From: Candidatus Parcubacteria bacterium
Lineage (GTDB): Bacteria; Patescibacteriota; Minisyncoccia; Phycocordibacterales; CAIZLB01
Length of the DNA: 59,193 bases
Direction: 5' to 3'
NCBI GenBank assembly: GCA_043760135.1
Contig: JAYUPL010000005.1
Span: 1-59,193 of the forward strand
Below, in pieces: positions 1 through 9,581 of the stretch. The notes below the pieces were generated by a model. It was not told where the DNA came from. It saw only the letters and a list, made by a program, of their open reading frames with translations, and made no database searches. Each line of letters starts with the position of its first letter. Positions within the stretch are counted from its first letter, which is position 1. Made by a program: the position numbers and the translations under genes.

Positions 1-97
1 CCAAGGCAGAGCCTTGGGGTATTGACCGTTAACTTCCTCGGTTCGGAAACAAAAGTATACTTACTTTTGTTTCTCTCACTCTACGTCGTTAATAAAT
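1..97 (-). repeat. E1 structured repeat, copy 1 (cut by window edge); candidate small RNA gene or MITE-like element
   Basis: Reverse complement of 1-97 aligns with 29357-29453, roughly 85-90% identical by hand alignment. It contains a 12-bp stem/4-nt loop hairpin at 46-73. Confidence 0.8.
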
Positions 98-219
98 AAA
101 TACAAAAAAACTTTTTAATACAAATTTATTTTATTTATTTATATGGTTGAAAAATTCTGGCATTGTATCAAATTATATTACAGTAATTATACCTTATTTT
201 TTACACAAATAACAATACA

Positions 220-834
220 TTACTCCAAAATAAACCACCCGTGATTCTTTGCATACACCCTCAACTTTTTATTTGGATTTACCGTATACCTGTACGTCGC
301 CATTTTCAACAATGGAATATCCGAGTTATGATCACTATAAGCAAAAGACCCTTCAAAGTTATACTTACTTAACCGCTCCGCTTTTTCATCTTTATAATTT
401 ATCTTTCCTAAAATCTTACCAGTATACTTATTATTCTTTACCTCAAGTTTCGTCGCTGCATACTCTGGGATATGAAAAAACTTAGCTGCATATTTTGCAA
501 TCGGTTCAAATGAAGTTGTAACCAGGACGACTTTTTTATCATGTGTATTATGTTTTTCTAACTCTTCAACTGCTCGCATATTTTTAATACTATCAAATTC
601 TGTAAAAATAAAAGCTTTCATTATCTTATCGAGTCTATGTACATCAACATTTTTAAAAACTCGTGCCAAATGATTCATTTTTTTATCGATATTTCGAGCA
701 AAAAATAAAATAAATTTATAGTAAAAAAAACGATACCACGATATAATCCTCCTTCGTCTTAAAACGGTAAGAACTATTTCATAACTATTTTTTGTGATAA
801 GGGTTTTATCTAAATCAAAGAATACATAACTCAT
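220..834 (-). CDS. HAD-IB family hydrolase (phosphoserine-phosphatase-like)
   Basis: 204-aa ORF with FFDLDKTLI (DxDxT) near the N-terminus and YSDHNSDIPLL (HAD motif IV) near the C-terminus. Confidence 0.75.
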   Translation of the reverse strand: MSYVFFDLDKTLITKNSYEIVLTVLRRRRIISWYRFFYYKFILFFARNIDKKMNHLARVFKNVDVHRLDKIMKAFIFTEFDSIKNMRAVEELEKHNTHDKKVVLVTTSFEPIAKYAAKFFHIPEYAATKLEVKNNKYTGKILGKINYKDEKAERLSKYNFEGSFAYSDHNSDIPLLKMATYRYTVNPNKKLRVYAKNHGWFILE

Positions 835-877
835 AGAGTAGATATTATATGCTATTTTTTATGTTTTGAGCATTGAC

Positions 878-1615
878 CTATTCCCAAATTTTATCCATAG
901 TGATTGATGCTATTTTCTTGTATCGCATAATATCATTTTTATACATTTCATCATTTTTTAATATATTCAAGGTATCCTCAATTGATATTATATTTCTATA
1001 TTTAACTTCAAGCAGTGGCCTTTGAAATATTGCAACTTTAAACCAATTTACAGTACGAAAACCTTTAAGTTGTACAGGTACAATATCAGTGTGCGTGTGT
1101 TCAGCCAAAAAACCAACCCCACCCTTCGCCTCTCCTGGTTTGAAAGTTTCCATACCCATTTTTCCTTCAGGAAAAATACAAACCGCTTTTCCGTTTTCTA
1201 GCAGTTCAACATGATTGATCAAGGAAGCTTGATAGTCACGCATACCAAGATATGCTGAGTATGCACCTAAAAGACGGAAAAATGATCCTCCATAGAAATG
1301 TTTTCTCCATCCAAATTTTCCTGTTTGATAATGATCTTTTGTCATCGAAACATAATACATCGGCATAATTGGAATGATAAATGGTAGACCAAATCTCACC
1401 ATCAACACATCCATCTCACTAATATGATTTGGTGCAAATAATATACCTTTCTCGTTTTTTTTATATTCTTTTAATTTTTCAACAAGCTCCGTTCTCCCTT
1501 CGATTTTTAATTTAAAAAATATGTTAACAAAAGCTAAAACAACAACTCCAATTGTAAACTGTAGTAGTATCTGTATGTATTCTATGTTGTGGTGTTTTTG
1601 AGATCCTATACTCAT
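878..1615 (-). CDS. lysophospholipid (1-acyl-sn-glycerol-3-phosphate) acyltransferase family protein
   Basis: 245-aa ORF with an N-terminal TM helix, NHISEMD (HX4D) and FPEGK acyltransferase motifs. Confidence 0.7.
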   Translation of the reverse strand: MSIGSQKHHNIEYIQILLQFTIGVVVLAFVNIFFKLKIEGRTELVEKLKEYKKNEKGILFAPNHISEMDVLMVRFGLPFIIPIMPMYYVSMTKDHYQTGKFGWRKHFYGGSFFRLLGAYSAYLGMRDYQASLINHVELLENGKAVCIFPEGKMGMETFKPGEAKGGVGFLAEHTHTDIVPVQLKGFRTVNWFKVAIFQRPLLEVKYRNIISIEDTLNILKNDEMYKNDIMRYKKIASITMDKIWE

Positions 1616-1625
1616 ATTTACTTAA

Positions 1626-4268
1626 TTATAGCACTTTTTTTAGATAATGTCCAGTGAAGCTGTTTTTGTTGTTTGCAACCTCCTCAGGAGTCCCTTTAGC
1701 TATAAGCTGTCCGCCCTTATCCCCTCCATCAGGACCGATATCTATGATGTAATCCGAACATTTGATTAGGTCCATATTGTGTTCGATTACCACCACTGTA
1801 TTACCTGCCTGTACGAGTCTTTGTAGGATTTCGATAAGTTTTCGTACATCATGATAGTGTAACCCAACTGTTGGCTCATCAAGAATATAGATCGTTTTCT
1901 GTACATGAGGTTTGTACAATTCTGATGCAATCTTTACACGCTGCGCTTCTCCTCCTGAAAGTGTTGTTGCTGATTGTCCAAGCTCCAAGTATCCAAGTCC
2001 TACCTCTTGCAGTGTTCGCACCCGATCGTATATCTGAGGCATCTCCTCAAAGAATGTAACCGCTGCATCAACTGTCATAGTGAGGATGTCATGGATGTTT
2101 TTATTTTTATACATGATTTCTAACGTCTCCTTCATAAATCTTTTTCCATTACATACATCACATTGAACATAGACTGTTGGCAAGAAGTGCATTTCAACTT
2201 CAATCGATCCGTTTCCTTGGCAGTTTTCACAACGTCCACCTTTCACGTTGAATGAAAATCGTCCTGGACCCCATGCCCTTGATTTTGCTTCAATTGTTTC
2301 AGCAAACAAATCACGAATATGTGTAAACGCTCCGGTATAAGTTGCAGGGTTTGAACGTGGAGTTCGGCCGATCGGTGATTGATCAATCATGATCGTTCGC
2401 CCAACATAATCAGTTCCCGTAAAAGTTGTACAGTTATAGATCTGACTTGTTCGATGTTCACGATCAAGTTTTCCTAACAAGTTTTTATATAAGATCTCAT
2501 ACACGAAAGTTGATTTTCCTGAACCAGATACTCCGGTCACAGTCACAAGACGACCAAGTGGTAATTCGACATTTAGATTTTTAATATTGTTCGCTTTTCC
2601 TCCCGCTATTTTTATAAACCCTTTATCTTGTTTTCGTCTTTCTTTTGGAACTTCTACTTCATGTGCACCTCGTAAATAATCTAGTGTAAGCGAACCGGTA
2701 AATGAATCAGGATCAGCGTGTTTTTTATTTATAGGAAGAGACTTGATCGGATCACGTAATAGATCTTTCAGATATCCTTGCACCACCACATTTCCTCCGT
2801 TTATACCCGCTCTTGGACCGATATCAATAAGATAGTCAGAAGCTAAAATAGTATCTTCATCATGCTCTACAACGATCACTGTATTTCCCATATCTTTGAG
2901 TTGAATAAGAGTTTTTATCAACTTATCATTATCTCTTTGATGTAGACCAATAGTTGGTTCATCAAGCACATACAATGCACCTACAAGTCCAGAACCAAGC
3001 TGTGAAGCCAGTCTAATACGTTGTGACTCCCCTCCTGAAAGTGTGTGAGCTCTTCGATTTAATTGTAAATAATCAAGACCAACTTCTTGCATGAACTCGA
3101 GACGAGACAAAATTTCTTTAATCATCACAGTTGATATAGCTTTATCTGTTGGCGATAATTCGAGAGACAATACATAGTCTATCGCTTCGTGGATTGTAAG
3201 ATTTGTGAAATCAATCACGTTGGTTTTACCCGGCATATAAACTTTCAAAGCTTCAGGTCGAAGACGTGCACCATCACACACTTTACAAATTCTATTTGTA
3301 AAGAAACTATCTGTTCCTAGACCATTACATTCTGGACAAGCACCGTATGGAGAGTTGAAAGAAAACAGTCTTGGCTCGATTTCAGGGAATGAAAAACCAT
3401 CGTATGGACACATAAATTTTGAAGAGATAAGATGTTCTTCTTTATCTGTATAAATACGTAATAATCCATCAGCTTCTCTGAGAGCTCGCTCAATAGAATC
3501 ATTTAATCTTTCCTTAAAACTTTGTGAAGGTTCTTTTATTTCTGAAATGTAAAATTGATCGATTAGGATATCAATAGTATGTTTTTTTGTTTTTGTTAAT
3601 TCTATTTTCTCACGAAGTTTTTGAACCTTTCCATCTATGCGCACTTCTTCAAATCCCTTACCTAGATAATCGTAAAGTAGTTGGTAGTATTCACCTTTTC
3701 TTCCAATAACCACTGGTGCATAAATTTTAAATATTTCTGAATCAACATGGACTCCCATGATTTCTTTTTTACCTTTTAATTCTGTTGTCTTGATAGACTT
3801 CACGATATTGTGAATTGTGTCGACTATTTCTTCTTTCGACAGTCTTTTTATTTCTCGATCACATGTTAAACAGTGTGGTTTTCCAACACGGGCATATAGA
3901 ATACGCAGGTAATCGTAAATTTCTGTAATAGTTGCAACAGTTGAACGAGGGTTATTTGATCTTGATTTTTGATCTATGGAAATTGCAGGAGATAAACCAG
4001 TAATCTCATCCACATCTGGTTTTTGCATTTGTTTTAAAAATTGTCGCGCATATGAAGACAATGATTCCATATATCTTCTTTGTCCTTCAGCAAAGATAGT
4101 GTCGAACGCAAGAGAAGATTTTCCTGATCCTGAAAGTCCAGAAATAACTGTCATTTGACCACGAGGAATAGACACATCAATATCTTTGAGGTTATGTGTT
4201 CGTGCACCCTTAACATGAATCATATCCAGGTCTATACCTGATTTAGTCTTTTTAGGGGCATTCTTCAT
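1626..4268 (-). CDS. uvrA: excinuclease ABC subunit A
   Basis: Two ABC modules (GLSGSGKSS, GVSGSGKST, LSGGE twice) and CxxC zinc-finger pairs. Start moved from 4313 to MKNAPKK at 4268 because 4297-4335 is a terminator hairpin. Confidence 0.95.
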   Translation of the reverse strand: MKNAPKKTKSGIDLDMIHVKGARTHNLKDIDVSIPRGQMTVISGLSGSGKSSLAFDTIFAEGQRRYMESLSSYARQFLKQMQKPDVDEITGLSPAISIDQKSRSNNPRSTVATITEIYDYLRILYARVGKPHCLTCDREIKRLSKEEIVDTIHNIVKSIKTTELKGKKEIMGVHVDSEIFKIYAPVVIGRKGEYYQLLYDYLGKGFEEVRIDGKVQKLREKIELTKTKKHTIDILIDQFYISEIKEPSQSFKERLNDSIERALREADGLLRIYTDKEEHLISSKFMCPYDGFSFPEIEPRLFSFNSPYGACPECNGLGTDSFFTNRICKVCDGARLRPEALKVYMPGKTNVIDFTNLTIHEAIDYVLSLELSPTDKAISTVMIKEILSRLEFMQEVGLDYLQLNRRAHTLSGGESQRIRLASQLGSGLVGALYVLDEPTIGLHQRDNDKLIKTLIQLKDMGNTVIVVEHDEDTILASDYLIDIGPRAGINGGNVVVQGYLKDLLRDPIKSLPINKKHADPDSFTGSLTLDYLRGAHEVEVPKERRKQDKGFIKIAGGKANNIKNLNVELPLGRLVTVTGVSGSGKSTFVYEILYKNLLGKLDREHRTSQIYNCTTFTGTDYVGRTIMIDQSPIGRTPRSNPATYTGAFTHIRDLFAETIEAKSRAWGPGRFSFNVKGGRCENCQGNGSIEVEMHFLPTVYVQCDVCNGKRFMKETLEIMYKNKNIHDILTMTVDAAVTFFEEMPQIYDRVRTLQEVGLGYLELGQSATTLSGGEAQRVKIASELYKPHVQKTIYILDEPTVGLHYHDVRKLIEILQRLVQAGNTVVVIEHNMDLIKCSDYIIDIGPDGGDKGGQLIAKGTPEEVANNKNSFTGHYLKKVL

Positions 4269-4275
4269 AAACTTA

Positions 4276-4284
4276 AATATATCA
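4276..4284 (-). promoter_or_regulatory. extended -10 element (TGATATATT) 7 nt upstream of the uvrA ATG
   Basis: The minus strand reads TGATATATT-TAAGTTT-ATG. There is no Shine-Dalgarno sequence in between. Confidence 0.45.
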
Positions 4285-4296
4285 TAAATTTGGATA

Positions 4297-4335
4297 GAAA
4301 AAAGGACCGCCAACCCTGTATGAGGGTGACGGTCC
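4297..4335 (-). terminator. rho-independent terminator of the GC-rich AK-like gene
   Basis: The minus strand reads GGACCGTCACCCTCATACAGGGTTGGCGGTCC followed by TTTTTT. Confidence 0.8.
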
Positions 4336-4382
4336 GATGTTGGTTTTTTTTGGAGTGTTGTTGGATGACGCTCCGGGGTTAG

Positions 4383-5156
4383 TTAGTGCCGCCAAGCTGG
4401 TGGACCACCGTGAGGATGGACCAAATGACGAGCTGCAAGAAGATCAAGATGAGGACGACCCACCTTCTTCCTCCGCTTTGACTGCTGGAATGAACCATGC
4501 TCACCCCATTGCTCGTTGAGCATTTGGATATGCTGGTTCAAAGTCCTGACAATAACCTTGTGCACATCTTGAGGTGATGCCTCGCCATTGATGTGAACAA
4601 GATCAACACCCTTCGCCCTGAGCTTTTTGTGAACAGCATCTTTGTGATCAAGCCAGCTTCTGTAACGGCCGCGGACAACTGCAGAATCGAAATCGTCAGA
4701 CCGTTTTTCTTCTTCGGCGCGTTGCTCGGCGCGTTTCAGCGCAACTTCTTCGGGAATGAAGATGCTAAACGCCAAAAGCATTCGTGGTCGAGCAAAGATA
4801 GTATCAATCTGGTCCGCTTGATACCGGGTGCGGACAAGTCCGTCCCCGATATAAACCGGCTTACCGCCGTTCGGGAGAGATAAACTGTTTCCGTGGGTAA
4901 TAATATCAGGAATTGTCTCGCGGACCAGTTGGAACACAACCTTATCAGGGAGGTACTTCCCGGAATCCAAAAACTTGCCATAGTCGGCATCGAAAACACT
5001 GCAGTCTTGACGTTTTTTACGCGCCAGGTCACCGGTGGAAATATGAACCGCTCCGTGAGGAGTAAGCAGTATTGACTGTTTTCCCTTGCCGCAAGCAACA
5101 GGGCCGTCCATGATGATCGCAAATCCTTGATCAGGAGTATTAATAATGTGACACAT
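4383..5156 (-). CDS. adenylate-kinase-like P-loop NMP kinase with a basic C-terminal tail (GC-rich cassette 1)
   Basis: 257-aa ORF with GPVACGKGKQS (compare the AK P-loop GxPGxGKGT), ISTGDLARKK, LDSGKYLPDKVV, and no long LID. About 50 extra C-terminal residues (SKRRKKVGRPH...HPHGGPPAWRH). G+C is about 50% against AT-rich flanks. Confidence 0.6.
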   Translation of the reverse strand: MCHIINTPDQGFAIIMDGPVACGKGKQSILLTPHGAVHISTGDLARKKRQDCSVFDADYGKFLDSGKYLPDKVVFQLVRETIPDIITHGNSLSLPNGGKPVYIGDGLVRTRYQADQIDTIFARPRMLLAFSIFIPEEVALKRAEQRAEEEKRSDDFDSAVVRGRYRSWLDHKDAVHKKLRAKGVDLVHINGEASPQDVHKVIVRTLNQHIQMLNEQWGEHGSFQQSKRRKKVGRPHLDLLAARHLVHPHGGPPAWRH

Positions 5157-5236
5157 AAACTCAATATTGTTTTTGTTTTGATTTTTATATAGGGCATGAA
5201 AATGGGGCCACCCAAATCCAAGACTATATCATACCT

Positions 5237-5265
5237 AACAAAAGCCCTGAGGTCAACCTCTGGGC
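5237..5265 (-). terminator. rho-independent terminator after uvrB
   Basis: The minus strand reads GCCCAGAGGTTGACCTCAGGGC followed by TTTTGTT, 10 nt after the uvrB stop. Confidence 0.75.
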
Positions 5266-5274
5266 TTTATATCT

Positions 5275-7317
5275 TTATTTTGTCTTCCCTTCAATCATCT
5301 TAGCTATCGCCTTAATCTCATCCCTCAATATCGCTGCTGTTTCAAAATCCAACTCTTGGACTGCAATCTCCATATACCTCTCCTTTCTTTTCAAGATAAT
5401 TTTTATATCCTTCATCTTAATATTCTTCACATTATCAAGATCAATATCAATAGAAAGCATGCGCTTCACTGTTTTTTCATGAGTTGATTCAATTGATGAA
5501 GTAATATCTTGTATACTTTTCTTGATCGAACGTGGGGTTATATTATTTTCTTTATTATATTTTTCTTGTATAGTCCTTCTTCTATTAGTTTCATCGATCG
5601 CATATGTAAGTGAATCAGTCATAGTATCAGCATACAAAATAACTCTCCCATTTAAGTTACGGGCTGCACGACCTATTGTTTGAATAAGTGCTGTTCTCGA
5701 TCTCAAGAAACCTTCCTTATCTGCATCTAATATTCCAATCAAAGAAACCTCAGGTAAATCTAATCCCTCGCGCAATAAGTTAACTCCCACCAGCACATCA
5801 AAATCTCCTCTTCGTAGTTCAGTCAAGATTTGTATTCTTTCAAGTGTCTCAATATCACTGTGCAAATATCTTGTTTTAATATTTTTCTCTTTTAAGAATT
5901 CTGATAAATCCTCGGCCATTCTTTTGGTTAGCGTTGTAGCCAGAGCTCTCTCTCCTTTTGCAACAACTTTTGTCACCTCTTCAATAAAATCATAAATCTG
6001 TCCAATATACGTATCGGTTGCCACCACTGGTTTTACTTCAAGGATAGGATCCACAAGACCAGTAGGGCGAATAATTTGTTGAATAATGTCCTTAGGGGGA
6101 GTTATCTCATATTCATATTTTCCAGGAGTTGCAGATACATATATTGTTTGATCTATTTTCCCTTTAAACTCTTCAAACTTAAGAGGTCTGTTATCAGCAG
6201 CTGACGGTAAGCGAAATCCAAAATCAATAAGATTCTTTTTACGAGAAGCATCTCCAGCATACATACCACCTATCTGAGGAACAGTCACGTGGGACTCGTC
6301 TATCACCGTTAAAAATCCATCTGGAAAATATGACAACAATGTATCCGGTGCCTCACCAACTTTTTTACCAGCAAAATGTCGTGAGTAGTTTTCAATACCA
6401 TTACAATATCCAACTTCTTTTATCAAAGCTAAATCGTATGTTGTTCTTCTCTTTAATCTTTGATATTCGACTTCTTTATTTTCGGCTTTTAATTCTTTCA
6501 ATCTTTCTTCCAACTCTTTTTTTATATCTTCATACGCACGCAACCTTTCTGTATCAGACGTCATAAAATGTTTTGCTGGAAAAATAAATACAGAATCCAT
6601 ATCCGGTTCCAAAATAACACGAGTTATGTGATCTATTTTTTCTATACGGTCTATAGTATTCATTGAAAAAATAAGTCGATACACGATACGTTCGTGTATT
6701 GGCATGATTTCTATATTATTTCCAACTACACGAAATTGCCCCTGACCTAAATCAGCTAATGTTCGAGAAAATTGCATTTGGATTAATTTTTTTGAAATCT
6801 CACTTCTGTCGAGAACTGCCCCTTTTCTAATTATAAAATTTGTTTCTTCATATTGCTTCGGTGAACCTAAACCATAAATACAAGATACTGATGATACAAT
6901 AATCACATCATCACGTGTAAGTAGTGCCTGAGTTGAAGCGTGACGAAGGCGATCAATCTCTTCGTTGATCTGAGCTTCCTTTTCTATGTATGTATCAGAG
7001 TGAGATACATAGGCTTCTGGCTGATAATAATCATAGTAGGATACAAAATAATGCACCTCATTGTCTGGGAAAAATTCTTTAAACTCTTGAGCGAGCTGAG
7101 CGGCCAAAGTTTTGTTATGAGCAATAACCAAGGTTGGTTTTTGAACTTGCTGAATTACATTGGCAATAGTGAATGTCTTACCTGTACCCGTTGCACCCAA
7201 AAGAGTCTGGTTTTTTAAACCCTTTTTTATCCCTTTTACAAGAGATTCTATAGCCTTTGGTTGATCACCGAGCGGTCTATGGTCATGTTTTAGGTTAAAT
7301 GCTTTGTGAATTCTCAT
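5275..7317 (-). CDS. uvrB: excinuclease ABC subunit B
   Basis: 680 aa with GATGTGKTF Walker A, DESH box (IDESHVT), helicase C motifs and a C-terminal UVR domain. Confidence 0.95.
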   Translation of the reverse strand: MRIHKAFNLKHDHRPLGDQPKAIESLVKGIKKGLKNQTLLGATGTGKTFTIANVIQQVQKPTLVIAHNKTLAAQLAQEFKEFFPDNEVHYFVSYYDYYQPEAYVSHSDTYIEKEAQINEEIDRLRHASTQALLTRDDVIIVSSVSCIYGLGSPKQYEETNFIIRKGAVLDRSEISKKLIQMQFSRTLADLGQGQFRVVGNNIEIMPIHERIVYRLIFSMNTIDRIEKIDHITRVILEPDMDSVFIFPAKHFMTSDTERLRAYEDIKKELEERLKELKAENKEVEYQRLKRRTTYDLALIKEVGYCNGIENYSRHFAGKKVGEAPDTLLSYFPDGFLTVIDESHVTVPQIGGMYAGDASRKKNLIDFGFRLPSAADNRPLKFEEFKGKIDQTIYVSATPGKYEYEITPPKDIIQQIIRPTGLVDPILEVKPVVATDTYIGQIYDFIEEVTKVVAKGERALATTLTKRMAEDLSEFLKEKNIKTRYLHSDIETLERIQILTELRRGDFDVLVGVNLLREGLDLPEVSLIGILDADKEGFLRSRTALIQTIGRAARNLNGRVILYADTMTDSLTYAIDETNRRRTIQEKYNKENNITPRSIKKSIQDITSSIESTHEKTVKRMLSIDIDLDNVKNIKMKDIKIILKRKERYMEIAVQELDFETAAILRDEIKAIAKMIEGKTK

Positions 7318-7951
7318 GTGATCTTATTCTACGCTTATTTTGTATAAATTTAAAGTAGTATATTCCAGCAGCTAGTACAATACAAATTGTTAAAAAAGTA
7401 CCCATATTCGAAATAAATTTCTCTATTTCTCTAAAATGCTGTCCAAAATAAAACCCAACAACTATATAGAGTGCCGACCAAAGGAAAGATGCCAATATAT
7501 CAAAGAAAATAAATCGAGAAAATTTCATTGAAATACTACCTGCAATCAAAGAAACTATCGGACGCATAAGACCCACAAACCTACCGATGAAAATACTTTT
7601 AAATTCATGATTTGAAAAAAACCTTCTACCCTCTTCAATATGTGAAGCTTTTAAAAGTTTTTTATGTTTAATAAGAAAGTTTGATCCATATTTTCCCAAC
7701 AAATAACCTGACATATCCCCCATGATCGATCCAACCGTAGAGGCAAGAATCATCAGAGAAACATCTATACCAAGACTCGCTCCTGAAAACCCAAAAAATA
7801 ATAAGAGAAGTGTTCCTGGTGTAATAGCTCCGAGAATCGGCAGTGACTCAAAAAGTGTCACAAAAAATATTATCAAAATAAAATATGCGGAGAAAAAGTC
7901 CGCATTCGCATTCAAATACAATATGAACATGTCAATGTATTGGGATACCAT
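7295..7951 (-). CDS. DedA/SNARE-associated family membrane protein
   Basis: 218 aa, multi-TM, with the LFESLPILGAITPGTLLLLFFG motif typical of DedA. It overlaps the uvrB start by 23 nt. Confidence 0.8.
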   Translation of the reverse strand: MVSQYIDMFILYLNANADFFSAYFILIIFFVTLFESLPILGAITPGTLLLLFFGFSGASLGIDVSLMILASTVGSIMGDMSGYLLGKYGSNFLIKHKKLLKASHIEEGRRFFSNHEFKSIFIGRFVGLMRPIVSLIAGSISMKFSRFIFFDILASFLWSALYIVVGFYFGQHFREIEKFISNMGTFLTICIVLAAGIYYFKFIQNKRRIRSHENSQSI

Positions 7952-7952
7952 T

Positions 7953-8633
7953 TTATTTGTGATTTTTAATAATTACAACAAACTCACCTTTTAGTTTAGT
8001 CTGATTAGCTTCATAGTATTTCTTTATATTTTCGGACGTATCAACTTTTATATCTTCATACATCTTTGTAAGTTCACGACATACCACCAATTCTTGTTCA
8101 GGATTAATATCTATCACTTCATCGAGTAATTTCATAAATCGATGAACAGATTCGTAGAGCATTATATTTCTTTCGAGTGCAAACAGTTCACCCAAAATCT
8201 TTTTACGACCTTTTTTATGGGGCAAAAACCCGTAAAACATAAAAGATGATTCTCGTATACCTGAGACCGATGCAGCCGTTGCAATAGCTGACACACCAGG
8301 TATTGGAACAATCTCAATATCGTTCTTTCGACAATGAGAAACTAACATGGCACCAGGGTCTGATACTCCAGGAGTTCCCGCATCAGATACATAAGCTACA
8401 TCCTTACCGTCTTGCAGGAACTTTAATATATAATCAAAATTTTCTTCATTTGAAAACTCGTTGATTGATACAATTTGTTTTTTTGGAATTGAAAGCAACC
8501 CTAAAAGCTTTGAAGTAACTCGAGTATCTTCTGCAGCAATCACATCAACAGAAGTCAATGTTGAAATAGCTCGAACTGTTATGTCATCCTTATTTCCTAT
8601 TGGTGTTGCTACTATATAAAGTTTTCCTTGCAT
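7953..8633 (-). CDS. rsmI: 16S rRNA (cytidine1402-2'-O)-methyltransferase
   Basis: 226 aa with LYIVATPIGNKDDITVRAI...IAAEDTR, typical of the RsmI tetrapyrrole-methylase fold. Confidence 0.9.
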   Translation of the reverse strand: MQGKLYIVATPIGNKDDITVRAISTLTSVDVIAAEDTRVTSKLLGLLSIPKKQIVSINEFSNEENFDYILKFLQDGKDVAYVSDAGTPGVSDPGAMLVSHCRKNDIEIVPIPGVSAIATAASVSGIRESSFMFYGFLPHKKGRKKILGELFALERNIMLYESVHRFMKLLDEVIDINPEQELVVCRELTKMYEDIKVDTSENIKKYYEANQTKLKGEFVVIIKNHK

Positions 8634-8639
8634 GCGTGT

Positions 8640-9446
8640 TTAATATTCTACTGGAACTGATGTAAAACTATCTCGGGCTACTACAACATGATCCAATAAG
8701 GCAATTCCTAAAACCTTACCAGCTTTGATAATCTGCTCTGTAATCACTTTATCTGACTCAGATGGAGTTGATATGCCTGATGGATGATTATGTACCAATA
8801 TAAACGCTGCTGCACCGTACTCTATAGCTGGTTTAAATACTTCTCGTGGATGAACAATACTGCTATTTATTGTACCAATCGACAATACTTCATCGTGGAT
8901 GATTTTATTATGAGTATCTAAATATAGCCCACGGAGATGTTCTTTAGAGAGACCATGCATATCTTTGGTATATTCATATACATCATCTGCGGTTCTGATA
9001 GTTTTCACCCCATTTATATTTTTATCAAATAGTCTTTTTCCTAATTCACCACAGGCAATAATCTGACATATCTTTGTTATAGGAATATCCAATTCTGTAG
9101 AGACTTTTTTAAGATCAATGTTTGGATTTGAAAATATACTTTTTCCATACTCCTTAATAACTCGAGATGACATAGATGATACATCTTCCTTTTTTGTACC
9201 CGTCATCAACACGATTGATAGTAGTTCCGATAAATTTAGAGACTTAACTCCTAGTTCCAAAAGTTTTTCTCTAGGCTTATCTTTATCAGGCAGATCCCTT
9301 ACTTTCAGAGGATAAACTTTATTGGAAATAAAAACATCGTTATACACTATCTCATTTTCAATAAACACCAAATCACCATTATGCACTTCAACATAAGGTG
9401 ATTTTACTGGTATATTCTTTTTTGTTGATGGTTTTGTATTTGACAC
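8640..9446 (-). CDS. radC: RadC-like JAB/MPN domain protein
   Basis: 268 aa with DKPREKLLELG, a helix-hairpin-helix region and the HNHPSGISTPSESD JAMM motif. The apparent start codon is GTG. Confidence 0.85.
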   Translation of the reverse strand: MSNTKPSTKKNIPVKSPYVEVHNGDLVFIENEIVYNDVFISNKVYPLKVRDLPDKDKPREKLLELGVKSLNLSELLSIVLMTGTKKEDVSSMSSRVIKEYGKSIFSNPNIDLKKVSTELDIPITKICQIIACGELGKRLFDKNINGVKTIRTADDVYEYTKDMHGLSKEHLRGLYLDTHNKIIHDEVLSIGTINSSIVHPREVFKPAIEYGAAAFILVHNHPSGISTPSESDKVITEQIIKAGKVLGIALLDHVVVARDSFTSVPVEY

Positions 9447-9452
9447 TTATCC

Positions 9453-9461
9453 ATTATAACA
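9453..9461 (-). promoter_or_regulatory. extended -10 element (TGTTATAAT) 6 nt upstream of the radC GTG
   Basis: The minus strand reads TGTTATAAT-GGATAA-GTG. Confidence 0.45.
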
Positions 9462-9501
9462 TACTGGTCAATAGTTACTCATTGTTTATTTACGTATGAC
9501 A

Positions 9502-9562
9502 CTTTGTCCTAGACAAAGCGGTCCTCAAAAGAAGCTATCCTAGATAGCTTCTTTTGAGGACC
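9502..9562. repeat. two adjacent hairpins: 7-bp stem (9502-9518) and a perfect 20-bp stem / 3-nt loop palindrome (9520-9562)
   Basis: CTTTGTC-CTA-GACAAAG followed by GGTCCTCAAAAGAAGCTATC-CTA-GATAGCTTCTTTTGAGGACC. They lie between the pyk stop and the radC promoter, and no U-tract follows. Confidence 0.85.
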
Positions 9563-9581
9563 TCTGATCGAAATGAGTAAA

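Noticed and set aside
1-45. E1 copy 1 as SRP (4.5S) RNA because of CCAAGGCAG.
   Set aside because: The string is not conserved in copy 2 (CCGACGCAG on the equivalent strand). There is no GNRA-capped domain IV helix with the AGCA/GGAA asymmetric loops.
1-100. Small ORF inside E1 (TTG..LTVNFLGSETKVYLLLFLSLYVVNK on the + strand of copy 1).
   Set aside because: It is not conserved. The equivalent frame in copy 2 hits a stop after 12 codons, and substitutions cluster in the hairpin loop rather than at third codon positions.
4269-4313. N-terminal extension of uvrA (MAVLFSIQIYDIFKF...) given in the ORF track.
   Set aside because: The extension runs into the terminator hairpin of the upstream gene (4297-4335) and the promoter -10. 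UvrA homology starts after MKNAPKK.
4337-5221. ORFs 4337-4519 (+), 4593-4883 (+), 4893-5075 (+) and 4736-5221 (-) overlapping the AK-like gene.
   Set aside because: These are alternative-frame or antisense shadows in a GC-rich segment. Only the 4383-5156 frame shows kinase motifs.
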